64,000 nucleotides of DNA, from contig CDMY01000350.1 of assembly GCA_001179505.1 (NCBI GenBank), forward strand, positions 42,544 to 106,543, in the 5' to 3' direction. This document shows positions 12,796-24,532 of the stretch, one piece after another. This stretch comes from Vitrella brassicaformis CCMP3155 (taxonomy: Eukaryota > Protista > Chromerida). How positions within the stretch are numbered: the first letter of the stretch is position 1; every line of letters starts with the position of its first letter. The notes under the pieces were generated by a model. That model worked only from the letters and a program-made list of their open reading frames with translations, was not told the DNA's origin and ran no database searches. Position numbers and translations under genes: made by a program.

Positions 12796-13234
12796 AATGG
12801 TGTGCAGACAGAGGGAGGGACAGAGAGAGGGGGAAGGCTTTTTGCTGACTCCCTATCTGCCTGCCTGCCCGAGTGGGGCAGAGAAGTGACTCACTGTCTT
12901 TCTGCGTCTGTCTTTTGTGCACACAAGAGAGAGACCTGCCTGTTGATCGGTCAAATGCCATCTTTTGATCCATTCCAATCGAAGAATGTCCCGCGAATCA
13001 AAGACACAGAGATGCTGGTTGAAGCGAGCATGAGCCACGAGAGCGTCGTGTTTGGTGTTCATAGAGAGATTGGGCACATGGCGCACCTCTCTCACACACC
13101 ACAGACACTCGACTCAGATGGCTTAGAGTTTGGTGTCATCTGAACTCATTCATTCATTCACTCAATTAAACGCATTCAGTCCATGACACATGGCTCACAC
13201 AAACACTCCCAACACAATTGGCAGCCACCACCTC

Positions 13235-14359
13235 TCACCCCACCACCGTCCCCCTGTCGATGACGTCGCTCTCGAGACCGAATAGCCGTAGCACACGGCG
13301 GGCGGCACCAGCCGACACAGTGTAGCGGTCGGCGAGAGGCTGAGACCGATCAGCCACGGGTGCCTCGGTCTTGAACAGCTGGATGTCGCCGTAGCGCATC
13401 CACAGGGCTGCAGCGACGGTGTGGCCAGGGCGGAAGCCGCTCACAATCACACGACGATGGTCACTGACCTGGGCGGCAGCATTCAGATCGCCCCCATCGT
13501 AGCGCCAGTCGACAGCGATGCCCAAACCCTCTATGATTGCATCGGTCACCAGCCGGCGATAGCGAGGGTCGTCACTGCCGATGTGTGCCCACAGCACCCT
13601 CATTTCGCCCACTCCATCCGACCACCAGAAAAGCACCGCGTACAGCAGGAATGCCGAGAATGAGTGGTAGAGCCTGCCGCCCCGTCGGATGACGGGGTCA
13701 GTCCGCTTATAGCCCTCAGCGTACCGATGGGCGGCCGGCAGCTCACCCAACGCCACCACACCAAACGTTACACCGCCGATCCGATAGCTTCTGTCGTTAT
13801 CGGCTGGCTGCAGCGCCAGGCTGGTCCCTCTGTGTGTCAGCTGCTGGCCGATGATCTTGTAGATGGCCATGGCGAGTGGCATTTGGTGGAAGGCCGTGGC
13901 TGTGGGCAGCGAGTCAGCCGACAGGCGGAGAGGCCGCGTCGCATCAGCAGGGGTGAGTCCACAGATGAAGGCCAGCCGAAGGAACCGCCCCATCGCCCGC
14001 CACTCCTCGCCACTGCCCCGCTCCAGCACATAGACCACCTTCAAGCCGGCCTCCACATCACCGCCAATGTCGAAGGCCAACACGTCCACCAGGCCCAGAC
14101 GAGTGATGGCCTTGTGGATGTGCTGCTGGAGGGCGTTGAGCACGGTGCTGTTGACGGTCTCCGCAGTGTGGCCCAGCAGCTCCTGTTGCCGAGTGCGGGT
14201 GGCGAGCTGCGAGCGGAGAGCGGCTCGTTTGGCATCGTCAGTCGCCATGGCCATGGCGGCCATCTTGCTGATGGGCAGTGACAGGTCAAAGAGGTCGGCG
14301 GGCTGGAAGAGGGCAGGGCTCGGGGGACGGGACGAGGGCGCCGCACCAGTGGGCTGCAT
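13235..14359 (-). CDS. Family A copy A2 (MQPT-type N-terminus), intact 374 aa
   Basis: Intronless ORF MQPTGAAPSSRPPSPALFQPADLFDLSLPISKM...SDVIDRGTVVG, near-identical N-terminus to A5, A7, A10 and A12. Confidence 0.85.
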   Translation of the reverse strand: MQPTGAAPSSRPPSPALFQPADLFDLSLPISKMAAMAMATDDAKRAALRSQLATRTRQQELLGHTAETVNSTVLNALQQHIHKAITRLGLVDVLAFDIGGDVEAGLKVVYVLERGSGEEWRAMGRFLRLAFICGLTPADATRPLRLSADSLPTATAFHQMPLAMAIYKIIGQQLTHRGTSLALQPADNDRSYRIGGVTFGVVALGELPAAHRYAEGYKRTDPVIRRGGRLYHSFSAFLLYAVLFWWSDGVGEMRVLWAHIGSDDPRYRRLVTDAIIEGLGIAVDWRYDGGDLNAAAQVSDHRRVIVSGFRPGHTVAAALWMRYGDIQLFKTEAPVADRSQPLADRYTVSAGAARRVLRLFGLESDVIDRGTVVG

Positions 14360-14886
14360 CGTCAGTGTCCTGAGGTCTCATCGAAGCGTCACTCAAGACA
14401 CGGAAAAATAGCAGTGTGTGTGAATTTTGACGCCTTCCCTGCCTCTCTGACTGTCCTCTCACCTTCATGACTGTCCTTTGCGATTGAGAGACCCATCTGC
14501 GAGCTTGGCTTGCAGACCTTCTCTTTTTTCCCGTTTGGTGACAACAGGGCCGCCTGGGGTGTCGGTGAGATGCACAAACAGCTGCCGAGATGGTATCGAT
14601 CACCACAGATCTGTCACCTGACTCACCTCCCTGACCGGCTCTGATCTGACGAGTTGAGGTGAGATAAGGCGGGCAGGAGAGTCTGATGACCACAGTGGTT
14701 TCTGTGTGTTGGTGGCAGATTTCCGGCACTCTCCGACAGAGGAGGACAGCCCTGTACCGCAGGTATCTGAGACCATCAGGGGCAGCCAAGCCGCCGACAG
14801 AGGTGCGCGAAGGCAAAGAAAGCCGCTCGGATGTTCACAGATCGATGAGGCGCCACACATGCATTCGCTCATATGTGGGTGTGCAG
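14360..14886. promoter_or_regulatory. Cassette spacer (putative bidirectional promoter with 5'UTR introns), copy 1
   Basis: Shares blocks with the other spacers: gcgagcttgg..tgcaga, tttggtgacaacagggccg, gatctgacgagttgaggtgaga, agccgctcggatgtt.acagatcgatgaggcgccac..atgcattcgctcatatg. Confidence 0.65.
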
Positions 14887-16227
14887 ATGTCGGGTGCTGG
14901 TGATGATGAAGGTGGTGCCGCTAGCTCTGACGAGGCATCCTCATCGTCATCGACGAGAGGGTCGTCGCATTTCCGGCAACACTCAGTCACACACTACAGG
15001 GTAAGAGGACAGCAAGAAGAGCAGCCAAGAAAGGCAAAGAAAGACTCGAAAAGCTCAAAAATTTTGTTCGTGTCTGACGATGTGTGGCTGCAGATCTCTC
15101 ACACGACGCCTCGCTCAGACCCCAGGACAGTCAGTATGCAGCCCACTCGCACACCGCCCGCCTCCCGTCCCGCCAGCCCTCCGCTCTTCCAGCCCGCCGA
15201 CCTCCTTGACATCGCCATCAGCAAGGCGGCTGAAATGGCAATGTCACCCGACCCCAACAGACGCGCCGCTCTCCACTCACAGATCAGCAGCAGCGATCCT
15301 GATGATGAGAACACGGTGCTCCATGAGGCGAGGCGCCACGTCGAGAAGGCCTTGGGTCCTCTCGGCCTGCAAGACGTTTTGGCCTTTGACATCGGCGATG
15401 ATCTGGAGGCCGTCTTGAAATTCGTCTATCTGATTGAGCGGGGCAGTGACGGGGAGTGGCGAGCGGTGGGGCGGTTCCTTCGGCTGGCCTTCATGTACCG
15501 GCTCACCCCTGCCAATGCGACGCGGCCTCTGCGGCTATCAGCCAACGCACTGCCCACAGCAACGGTTTTCTATCAGATGCCACTCGCCATGGCCATCTAC
15601 AAGATCATCGGACAGCAGCTCACATACAGAGGGACCCGCCTGGCGCTGCAGCAAGGCAATGACGGGAGCTATCGGATCGGCAATGAGGCGCCCCTTCGTG
15701 TGGTACCGTTGGGCGAGCTGCCTGCCGGCCATCCCTATACTGAAGGCTACAAGGAGACCGATCCCGTCATCCGCTGGGGCGAAAACTGGCTCTTTCCCTC
15801 ATTCTCGACATTCCTGCTGCGCCTGCTGGCTGGCAGGTGGTGCTGTCAACAAGGGGTCGACTGCATGAGGGTGCTCTCAGCACGAGTCGGCCGTGATGAC
15901 CACCGCCGTGGCCGCTTGATAGCCGAGGGCATCACAGAGGATCTGGGCATCGCTGTCAACTGGCGCAACGACCGAGGCAACCTGAATGGTGATCATGTGG
16001 ATGAGTACCGTTTTGTCATACTGTGCGGCTTCAGACGAGGCGAGACGGTCGCTGCATATCTGTGGGTGACGGCCCGCCACATCGAGCTGTGGACGACCGA
16101 GCGACGCGCTTCGAATCTACCCTCGCTCGTCTTCCGCTTCCCCCTATCAGTGCCCCTGTGGTGTCGTGTGTTGGCGCGCTTCGAGCTGGAGACCGACGTC
16201 ATCAGCAGGGTGAGGGTGCTGGTGTGA
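14887..16227 (+). CDS. Chimeric gene: family B leader exon (MSGAGDDEGGAASSDEASSSS) fused in frame to family A copy A3 (MQPTRTPP... from 15139)
   Basis: Single open frame. A 93-nt phase-0 intron at 15001-15093 (gtaaga...ctgcag) corresponds to the 5'UTR intron of MQPT-type genes. The downstream part is a complete A core. Confidence 0.7.
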   Translation: MSGAGDDEGGAASSDEASSSSSTRGSSHFRQHSVTHYRVRGQQEEQPRKAKKDSKSSKILFVSDDVWLQISHTTPRSDPRTVSMQPTRTPPASRPASPPLFQPADLLDIAISKAAEMAMSPDPNRRAALHSQISSSDPDDENTVLHEARRHVEKALGPLGLQDVLAFDIGDDLEAVLKFVYLIERGSDGEWRAVGRFLRLAFMYRLTPANATRPLRLSANALPTATVFYQMPLAMAIYKIIGQQLTYRGTRLALQQGNDGSYRIGNEAPLRVVPLGELPAGHPYTEGYKETDPVIRWGENWLFPSFSTFLLRLLAGRWCCQQGVDCMRVLSARVGRDDHRRGRLIAEGITEDLGIAVNWRNDRGNLNGDHVDEYRFVILCGFRRGETVAAYLWVTARHIELWTTERRASNLPSLVFRFPLSVPLWCRVLARFELETDVISRVRVLV

Positions 16228-16489
16228 GTGGTGATTGAGCGTTGGTGCATTTTATGGGTCTGCCTGTCTGAGGGGGTCGAGCAAGGGCTATGGCGATATC
16301 TGTTGATGTGTGACCGATTTTCGTGAATCGTTGATTTTTCTTTCGGAGACAGAAGCATTCTGAATGTGCACAAATAGCCTTGGATCGCTACCTTGAGAAG
16401 GAAATGATCACACAACGAATCACATACACACACTCAAAAACAATTCCCATGCCACCGGCCCCACAGTGCTGTCTTTCTACTCGTACAAT

Positions 16490-17542
16490 TCAGAGGGACG
16501 GGTGGGTTGCGTTTTCAGTATCGAGACCGAATGGACGCAGCACGCAGCGCCATACCGGCATCGACGCAGGGTAGCGGACAGCAAACGATGCAGGCGCATC
16601 AGCAGCAGGCCGCTCAGTGGTGTACAGCTTGATGGAGCGGCCTGACGATACGCACAGATACGCAGCGATCGTCTCGTTGGGTCGGAAGCCGCTCACAAGC
16701 ACACGACGAGAGTCCGTCACCCTATTATCATTCAGATCGCCCCGATCGTAGCGATAGTCGACAGCGATGCCCACATCCTCTGTGATGGCGTCGGTCCTCA
16801 GCAGACGGCCATAGCGAGGGTCGCCACGGCCAATTCCTGCAGTGAGCACCCACTTGTGACCCGCCCCCCATCCATCTGACCACAAGACGAGCAGCGTGTG
16901 CAGCAGGAATGTCGAGAATGAGGGAATGAGTAGGACGCCCTATCGGATGACAGGGTCGGTCCGCTGGTAGCCGTCAGCATAGCGATGCCCGCCCGACAGC
17001 TCAGCCAACGGCACCACACGAAACCGCCCACCGCCGATCTGATAGCTCCCATTGCCGATTCGATAGGCCCCGTTGCCGGCTCGCTGCAGCGCCAGGCTGT
17101 GTGTATTGTGTGTGAGCAGGTGGCCGAATAGCCGATAGATGGCCATCGTCAAGGGCAGATGATGGAATGCCGTCCGTCTGGGAAGGTGGGCTGTCAGCCA
17201 CTGAGCCGACAGCACCAGGGGCAGCCCATTGGCAGGGATCAGCCGATAGATGGCGGCCAGCCGGATGAACCGCCCCATCCCACGCCACTCATTGCTGCCC
17301 TGCTCCAGAACATAGGCCGCCCGCAGCACATACGTGAATGGGAGAGGGGCGGTGCGGTCGATGTCGATAAGGCCGGTGAGTGAGTGGCGGGCGAGGGAGC
17401 CGTCGATGCGCTCCACCAGCAGAGCGGCCGTCACTAGAGCCGCCTTCGCTTGGCAGGTCGCTCGGACACAGACCGCCTCATGGACGAGAAGGGACGGCAG
17501 AATGCGCCTCCGCCACAAGTCGTCGGGCACCGAATCAGACAT
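16490..17542 (-). pseudogene. Family A copy A4 (F-box-like N-terminus MSDSVPDDLWRRRILPSLLVHE), single in-frame TAG at 16940-16942
   Basis: DPVIR-TAG-GVLLIP where paralogues read DPVIR-W-G. Both ORF halves are in the same frame. Confidence 0.8.
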
Positions 17543-17580
17543 CGCCTCGAATCACTGAGTCAGCACATGGCAAACACCTT

Positions 17581-17750
17581 CCTGACAGCACACAGGACAC
17601 ACACAAGGAAGTGGGCGCCAGGTCTGTGCGACGTATGTGGTTCTTCTCTCACCCTTCCTCAGTTGAGCAGCTGCTTTGCAGGGGACACGACGACGCCGGC
17701 ACAATCAAGGATGCAGGCCTCTGTTCGTCACCCGCAAAGATCAACGGCCC
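17581..17750. repeat. Conserved 5' flank element of F-box-type A genes (also 59655-59815 and 61311-61475)
   Basis: Shared string gacagcac...gggcgccagg...ttcttctctca.ccttc.tcag.tga.ca.ctg...gcctctgt...gtcac.c..a.agatcaa.gg. Confidence 0.75.
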
Positions 17751-18701
17751 TCCCTTCGCTTCCCCAGCGAAATTCACGAATTTGCGCTCTACCGCGAATC
17801 TCGACGGGGACGGGACGGCCTTCTTCGCAATTTTCTGATTTCGTTTGCCATCGGATTCTCCGCGCTTGTGGGCCCTTTTACTCTTTGTGGGTGTTCTATG
17901 GCCTTTCACCTTCGTGTGTCCGTTCTCAGGCTCTGCAGGGAGCGGCTCCTGGGTCATGTGCATCAGCCAGCACAACGACCACATATGGTGGCGGGGAGAT
18001 GACGGAGTTCAACACGCATGAGGGAGGCCCTGTTGTGTTGCGGGTGGCATGCGGATGGATACCTGGAGGAAGAGCACGCCGATAAGCAGGCAGGCGAGGA
18101 GGGAAAGGAGCGGCATACAAACGCTAATTCCCTCTGTCGTCCTACTGATGCTTGAATGCAGGCATTGCTGCAGCCATCGATACACTGCACGACCTGTGTG
18201 TGTCTGCGTGTCCGTGTGTACGTTTGCATGGTTCTTGCAGGGTTCTCCACACACTGGATTCACCCCAGATTGGGATTCACCGCCCTGTGCACTGCGACAG
18301 CACTCCAGCCACTGACCCACGTCAACGAGCGACACCCCCGTCGGCACTGAGGCGTGCGGGAGCCCTTTGCCACCTGCACTTTCTGCGTGAGAGATATGCC
18401 GCGGCTCTGTGCAGCAGACACGACGGCTGGCGGCCGCGTTCTCGTCGAGGACGCATTGGCGTCCGTTCGTTCGAATCGCCACCGAGAGCCGGTATGCATT
18501 GCGACAATAAAGACATGTACAGGATTGAATGCTGTTTCCATGCCTGACTTTTGTGGTTCGTGCAGGTGCGTCGGCGGCTGACTGAGCAGCAGGGGGAGGA
18601 GGTCATATTGCACTGCAGGGTATGATCCATGCGCCGCATGATGACGACGGCATGTGTGTAAGGTTCGGGAATGAATGCGTTGAGATGGTCTGTGTGTACA
18701 G

Positions 18702-20286
18702 GAGGAGGTGGTCCAAGCTGTGCGGAGCGCCAACCTGCTCGTTGACACGAGCGTCTCGATGCGAGAGGGGCTCCAAGGCTGCGCAGAGGTCTTATTCAAC
18801 CAAACCACCCACAGCCACATCGCCTACAAGGTGTTCAAGACTTACGAAACCGACGAGCCCAGGGTACGTGAGGGTCACGGTGGGGCTGGCGGCATGCGTG
18901 GGTGTCACAAGAATGTGTGTGTATGTGTGTGCGGGTCGCAGGACGCTGAGGGGTTTGTGAGGAATGGGTGGGACATCTCAGCGGCAGCAGGTGTGAGCCA
19001 CGAGAACGTGGTCAGCGCCCCTCACATTCTCAAGGTCCGCACCCCCTACGCGACCGTCAAGGCGATAGTCATGCACTACTGCAATGGTATGCACGAGTCG
19101 AGACATGCACCAGTGCCCGCGTATCCATGAATTCGGACATTGTTGCGAATGCCTCTCTCCTTCATGTAGGCGGCACCCTTGCAGACCGAGAGTTCGTACT
19201 AGTGCCACTGCTGCGGCAAGCGCTGGCCGCCCTCAAGCACCTGCACGAGAAAGGCATCGCCCACACTGATGTTCTGGTACGGATGGATGAATGTGTGGAT
19301 GGGATTTACTCATTCTGTATGTGTCCGTTCATCTATTCATCCAGGGGTCCAGGGAGTGCCCTGGGGGCAATCTGGGTATAGTCATGGACGCCGCCACCAG
19401 ACAGGCCCGCCTGGTGCTGCTTGACCTCGACCGCGCAGAAAGACACGACCCCACAGCCAAAGACTTTGTAAGAGACATGTCTTCCTCAAGGCAGGCAGCT
19501 AGCGACGGCACTTCGAATCGCTCATGCGCCGTGCTCTTCCTCTGCTTGTCTATTGTGCAGGCGGCCGAGGCTCAAGGAGACTGCGAGGACCTGGGCACCG
19601 TATTCGACCACCTGTTGGGCGAGACGAGGGTCAGACGCACATGCCTACACCCACAAATCAATTGCACTCACGGCTCATTCTGGGGTTGACATGCAGTCAC
19701 TCGTATGCGCCGAGATTGTCAGGAGGCTGGAGAACGGACTATACAGCGCCAAGAAGGTGAGAAGGAAGTACATCTCTCACGTCTCTCCTGTCGTTTTTAC
19801 TCTTCTCGTGTCTGGTTTCTTCAGGCGTTGGACGATCTCGAGAGGAGGTGGACCCCCCGGCACGGCCACAAGGCCGCACAGCCGAGGCCGGCAAAGTCGC
19901 AGCAGAAGCCAAGCCACCTGAAGCCGCTTACAGTGGCGCCCTCCTCGACCCACACACACGGTGCCCGCCAGTGGGTGGGGCACTTGGTGGGTAGGGCGAC
20001 GGCGGCCATCCCATCACACGAGGAGCTCAAGCGACGGGAGGACCGCACCTGGCGCGGCACGTGGAGGGGCGGCAGAGTCGCGGGAGCCAGACTAAAGGTT
20101 GACACGGGGCGTGGTGGTGTGGCGGCGGTGGCGGCTGTTGTTGCCGCTGCTGGTGGTGCGGCTCCAGCACCCCCACCACAGACACGGGCGGGAGGGGACC
20201 ATTGGACATGCAAGGTGGCAGACAAGGGATGTGAAGGGACTCGAGCGGGGGTGGAAGAAATACTTCTGATTGAAGACGCCAATTGA
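18702..20286 (+). CDS. Atypical protein-kinase-like domain (multi-exon), start not resolved
   Basis: Exons IAYKVFKTYE, HENVVSAPHILKV..AIVMHYCNG|GTL, LLRQALAALKHLHEKGIAHTDV, GNLGIVMD..LVLLDLD, QGDCEDLGTVFDHLL follow kinase subdomain order. HRD is replaced by HTD and DFG by DLD. Confidence 0.6.
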
Positions 20287-20425
20287 AGTCATCTAGACCA
20301 AGGTACGAAAGGCAGACATTACAGAAGGACACAGTCCTGGAGGCACACACTGCGCCACACAGCTGTGTGTGGGTATGGCTGACAGTGTGTCTCCATGCAT
20401 GGCTGCGTCTATTTTTCTGTGCCAG

Positions 20426-21220
20426 ATGAGTTCGTTGGAGACATTGCATCAGATGCGCTGCATCCACCGAGACCAGAGCCTGAAAAACTGTAAGGAAGGA
20501 TCAGATGCGAATGGAAACACCTTTGTGGATGTCTTGTATTTGCAATGGACTCATTGGCTCAGTGATCGTCGGCCCGAGGGATCCGCAGGCCCTCGGCGTG
20601 TACGTGGTGGATTACACACGGTCCTTCCGGGCGGGGATACAGGACCACGGGGCTCGGTTTGTCGGCCGACAGAGCACCATGAAGGGCACGTTGCTGTATG
20701 CGGGCGAGTGGTCGGTGAAGAGCATCGAGACTTCTTACCGGTCAGTGTCCGTCCCTGTGTGTGTGTGTGATTGGTTTTGGGGGTCATGGATGTGTGTGTG
20801 TGTGATTGCAGTGACGACCTGATGACGTGTTTCTGGGCGCTGGTGCATGTGATGGATCAAATTACATCGAGGGAGCCGGGGACGCCGCCGACGGTCTCTG
20901 CGGCATGGGGGGCGACGGGCCGAAGATGCGGGCGGCCACACGACGACTCATCGACACCCGACGAATTAACTTCCCCAAGTGGCTGCGCAAACGCGCGGCA
21001 GACCTCCCAAGTGAGCCAAAAACCTGGTGTCTCTCTTGGGTTTGCCTTGCGCCTATATATAAATGTGTGTGGTCACCTGCTCGCAGGTTCCATTCGGATG
21101 GCATTTGAGGATGGCATGCTGGACCTGTACGACACTCTCACTGGTCTGCCCTTTGGAGCCCTGACGGCCAGCACGTATGACAAAATCTTCGGCCACATCG
21201 ACGCCACAATTCGCCTGTGA
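20426..21220 (+). CDS. Divergent casein kinase 1-like C-lobe (multi-exon; N-lobe not found or decayed)
   Basis: MSSLETLHQMRCIHRDQSLKN|LIVGP..VYVVDYTRSF...MKGTLLYAGEWSVKSIETSYR|DDLMTCFWALV parallels CK1 IHRDIKPDNFLMG..VYIIDFGL...GTARYAS...GIEQSRRDDLESLGYVL. Confidence 0.6.
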
Positions 21221-21559
21221 GTGGCCGAAACACACAGCGGGCGTGGGGCACCGATGTACAGTGGCAGGCATTTGTTATCTACGTACATGTGTGCAGGTTT
21301 GAGAGTCTGCCCCGCCAGTGCTCCTTCGGAGACGTTGCACAGAATGGGATATGTTCGAGACCAGGGCCTCAACAAGTGTAAAGAAAAGATGATACCGACT
21401 GTCTCAATGGGTAAGCGACATGGTGAGCGAATCGATGTTATGTCGTTGTACTTTTATGATGGTGTGCTGTCAACTGCAGAGCGTCGAGTTCCATCGTTGT
21501 CTGCATTTTATATCCTGTCGTCCGTGACACATTGATCCAGTGCTCCCTGTTGTGTCTCT

Positions 21560-23210
21560 TCACTAGCGATGGAAACCTCCGGATGACACAGTAGAGTCGA
21601 CGCTGTTCGCCGACGACATTTGCTGGCTGCTCAAGTCGATCTTGAAGGGCGTATATTGTTTCGCATGGGGCACGGAGCCAAAGGACGAGAAGTCATCGAG
21701 TGTTGCTGAGGTGCTCTCAAACTGCCTCATCTCGGTCAAATGGGGTCAATGTGCCAGCGAGTGTTCCTGGGGTGCTCATGCAGTGCCTCATCTCGGTCAA
21801 GAAGTCGATAATTCTGCTTGTGGGCGGCGGCCTCATCTACTTCACCTCTCGCGCCCACCTGGGAGAACAACTCAAGCACGTGCTCAACTATTACCTTAAC
21901 GCAACGCAGGTGTGAACAGAGCCACTCAGCTCTCGTCGGTCTGTGATGTGGCCACTCAGCTCTCGTCGGTCTGTGATGTGGATGCTTTGTCTGCTGCAGG
22001 ACGCCACCAAGCAGCCTGACGGTTGCACTGTTCATACTGTAACATGCACTCACAATATTTGAGCTCCCTCTCCTTCCGAATGTGTGCCCATTGCCCCGCG
22101 AGATGGCGGACGAAGATGAGGTACCGATAGCGCTGAAGACTAAGTTGGCGGTACGCTAAAGGCAGGCAGGATAAGCGCATCAAGGCTGGCAAAAGTAGGC
22201 TGCGCATGAAATGCCATGAGGTGTCCCTGCAAGATTCCAACCAGAATTCTTCGTGTCCATGTGTATGCAGTAGTGCAGAAGGCCCCCCGAGATCGTAAGC
22301 GACCACGGACAACCGACAGATTGGGTCTTTAGCCGGTGGCGCGCTGACTGTCTGTCTGTCTGTCTCTGTCTCTCTCTGTGTCTGGCCCGCGTGTCTCTCT
22401 CTCCGCAGCTCGGCCCACGCAGGCCAGCGCAGGCAGCAAATTGCAGGAGCTGCTTGACGACGAAGAAGACAGTGAAGAGGAAGAGGAAGAGAGCCGCCGC
22501 CCCAACGACGATGACCGCTGGATGCAATCCGAGTCAGAAGACAGTGCTAAGCTACTCCCCGAAGCGCGTGCCGGCACTGTGCAAGATGCGGCTAAAAGGT
22601 ACGGACATACAAAACACATCTGCCTACTTACTTCAGTGTGTGGATGTATGTATGTGTCTCTTCGTAACAATCAACCAGGATGGCACGTTGTCTTCTGGGG
22701 GGTCCCGAGGAAGGCCAAGGCATGCATGGACGGAAAGAGGCACCAAAAAATGGGCTGTGCGTAAGTTGTGTGTGTGTGGCTTGGTTGCAGGGGAGCATGA
22801 AACAAAAGTTGCTCACCGATACGGTCAGATGCTCAAGACTCTAAATGAACCAAAGGTGAAAGCGATGAAGCTGAAAATCAAGGTCGCGTATACTTGGTAC
22901 CTGCCCATTCCTTTCCTCATTGTCCCTGTTCCATTCATCTTATACTGATGCACACAGGTGGGAATAAGCATCTGTCGCCGTTCCACCGTCCCGCCCACCC
23001 CCCTCAACCGGCCACCAACACACAATCGTACACACAGAGCAACAGCAGCCCGTCACCCTCTCCCCCACCCGATGCGCAAGGCACTGTGTCGACGGCGAGT
23101 ACAGCAGCGGGTGGTGGTGGGCGTGGTAGGGGTGCAGTGGTGATGCCAGCCCGTCAGGGCGCAATGGAAGGGGGAATTCACTCGGCGGGTGAGATGAGGG
23201 ATGGATATGT
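21560..23210 (+). CDS. Probable coding exons of unknown function, including an acidic stretch (LQELLDDEEDSEEEEEES)
   Basis: Open, splice-bounded segments such as CLISVKKSIILLVGGGLIYFTSRAHLGEQLKHVLNYYLNATQ. Connection to the flanking kinase and P-loop exons is not established. Confidence 0.35.
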
Positions 23211-23282
23211 GTCCGTGAGTGCATTCTAGGAACAGAGAGGGAAAGGCTATGCTGGCCTGACTGCATTGTCTTTTTCTTTCAG

Positions 23283-23760
23283 GAAGTGTCGTCGGTGGCA
23301 GCATCTTCACGGCGGAAGAGATAGAACTCATCAAATCGCACAACAAGACCGAGGGCTACAAAGTGGTCCTGCTGATGGGCAAACCCGGCTCAGGCAAGCA
23401 CGCGTGTCTCTCGATGTGGATGGATGGTGGAAAGTGTGTTTTCTTGTGTCTCGTGTGTTGATGCAGGCAAGAGTTCGATTGCCAACGACTTCAGCGCGCG
23501 GCGGTGGAATGTGGTCACGGTCACCAACAAAACCAAAACGATGGCGGACTGCATAGACAGTGAGCAAACGGACAGGCAGGCTGGCAGGCATGACTGTATA
23601 GCGGTTGATGTGTTGCTGTGAGGTGTGCGTGTGTGTGTGTGCGTGTGTGTGTGTATGCAGAGGTTGAAGATTGCCTCTCGGCGGGCCAGCGTGTGGTGGT
23701 GGATCGCGTCAACTTCACAGCCGGTGATCGGGATGTCTCGGTGGTGGCTAGTCGGTGTGG
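23283..23760 (+). CDS. P-loop kinase domain, AAA_33 / polynucleotide-kinase (PNKP C-terminal)-like
   Basis: Spliced KVVLLMGKPGSG|KSSIANDFSARRWNVVTVTNKTKTMADCID|KVEDCLSAGQRVVVDRVNFTAGDR: Walker A plus the VVDRxN..R motif typical of PNK-like kinases. Requires a GC-AG intron at 23394-23466. Confidence 0.65.
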
Positions 23761-24532
23761 GTGAGTGGAACTTGATTGCTGGACACCCACACACATAACT
23801 GCAGAGGTTGCGGATCGCTTGAATGGCGAGTAATGGCGAGGACACAATGGCGAGGAAAGGGAGCATCAAGAGAGCATTAACTGACTCCCCCCTTATACTC
23901 TTAATCGCTGCTTACATTTTATATCTTTTGTCGGTGGATGCGAAGCCTAGAGATGCGTGTTACATATGGATGGATACCGGCTCTGGAAACGTTTTGGGCT
24001 TCGACATGAAATATCCATCAAGGTTTGGTGTTCATATAGTTGGGCACGACGGATGGAGTGAGAGAGGGAGAGAAGGGGAGAGCCTGTGCATGCATGTGTG
24101 TTGCCTGCCGTAGCTGGACGGGTGTGGGGTGTTTGAATCCGGCCAGCCCGTCTGTCTGTCTGTCTGTCTGCCTGCACGTCGACTCACCAACAGCCGAGCA
24201 TGCTTAATTTCTCCTCTCTCTTGCTCCTTGTTCGGTGACTTCCTTCTTATTGGATGACCATTAATGTGCGTCCACCAAAGAGATATGGATGTGGTATATC
24301 AATGCACTTATTCTTATTCATTCACTCATGTGAGTGGAGCGCCCAGTCAGTGAATATGAGAAAAACGAGTGCAAACATTGACCCACCCAAACCCATTCGG
24401 TCAGACAGACAGTCTCAAACGTGTGCTGAAACTATATGGCCATCAACTGTTGTCTGTCTGTCTGTTTAGCCGATTGAATCGGTCTGTCCTCGCTCATCCT
24501 TCTCCACGCACAAATACGCCAGCCACCAACCC

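Noticed and set aside
4900-12800. Many ORF-track entries rich in HTHT, CVCV or ERER
   Set aside because: These are translations of intronic (CA)n/(TG)n/(GA)n microsatellites, not proteins.
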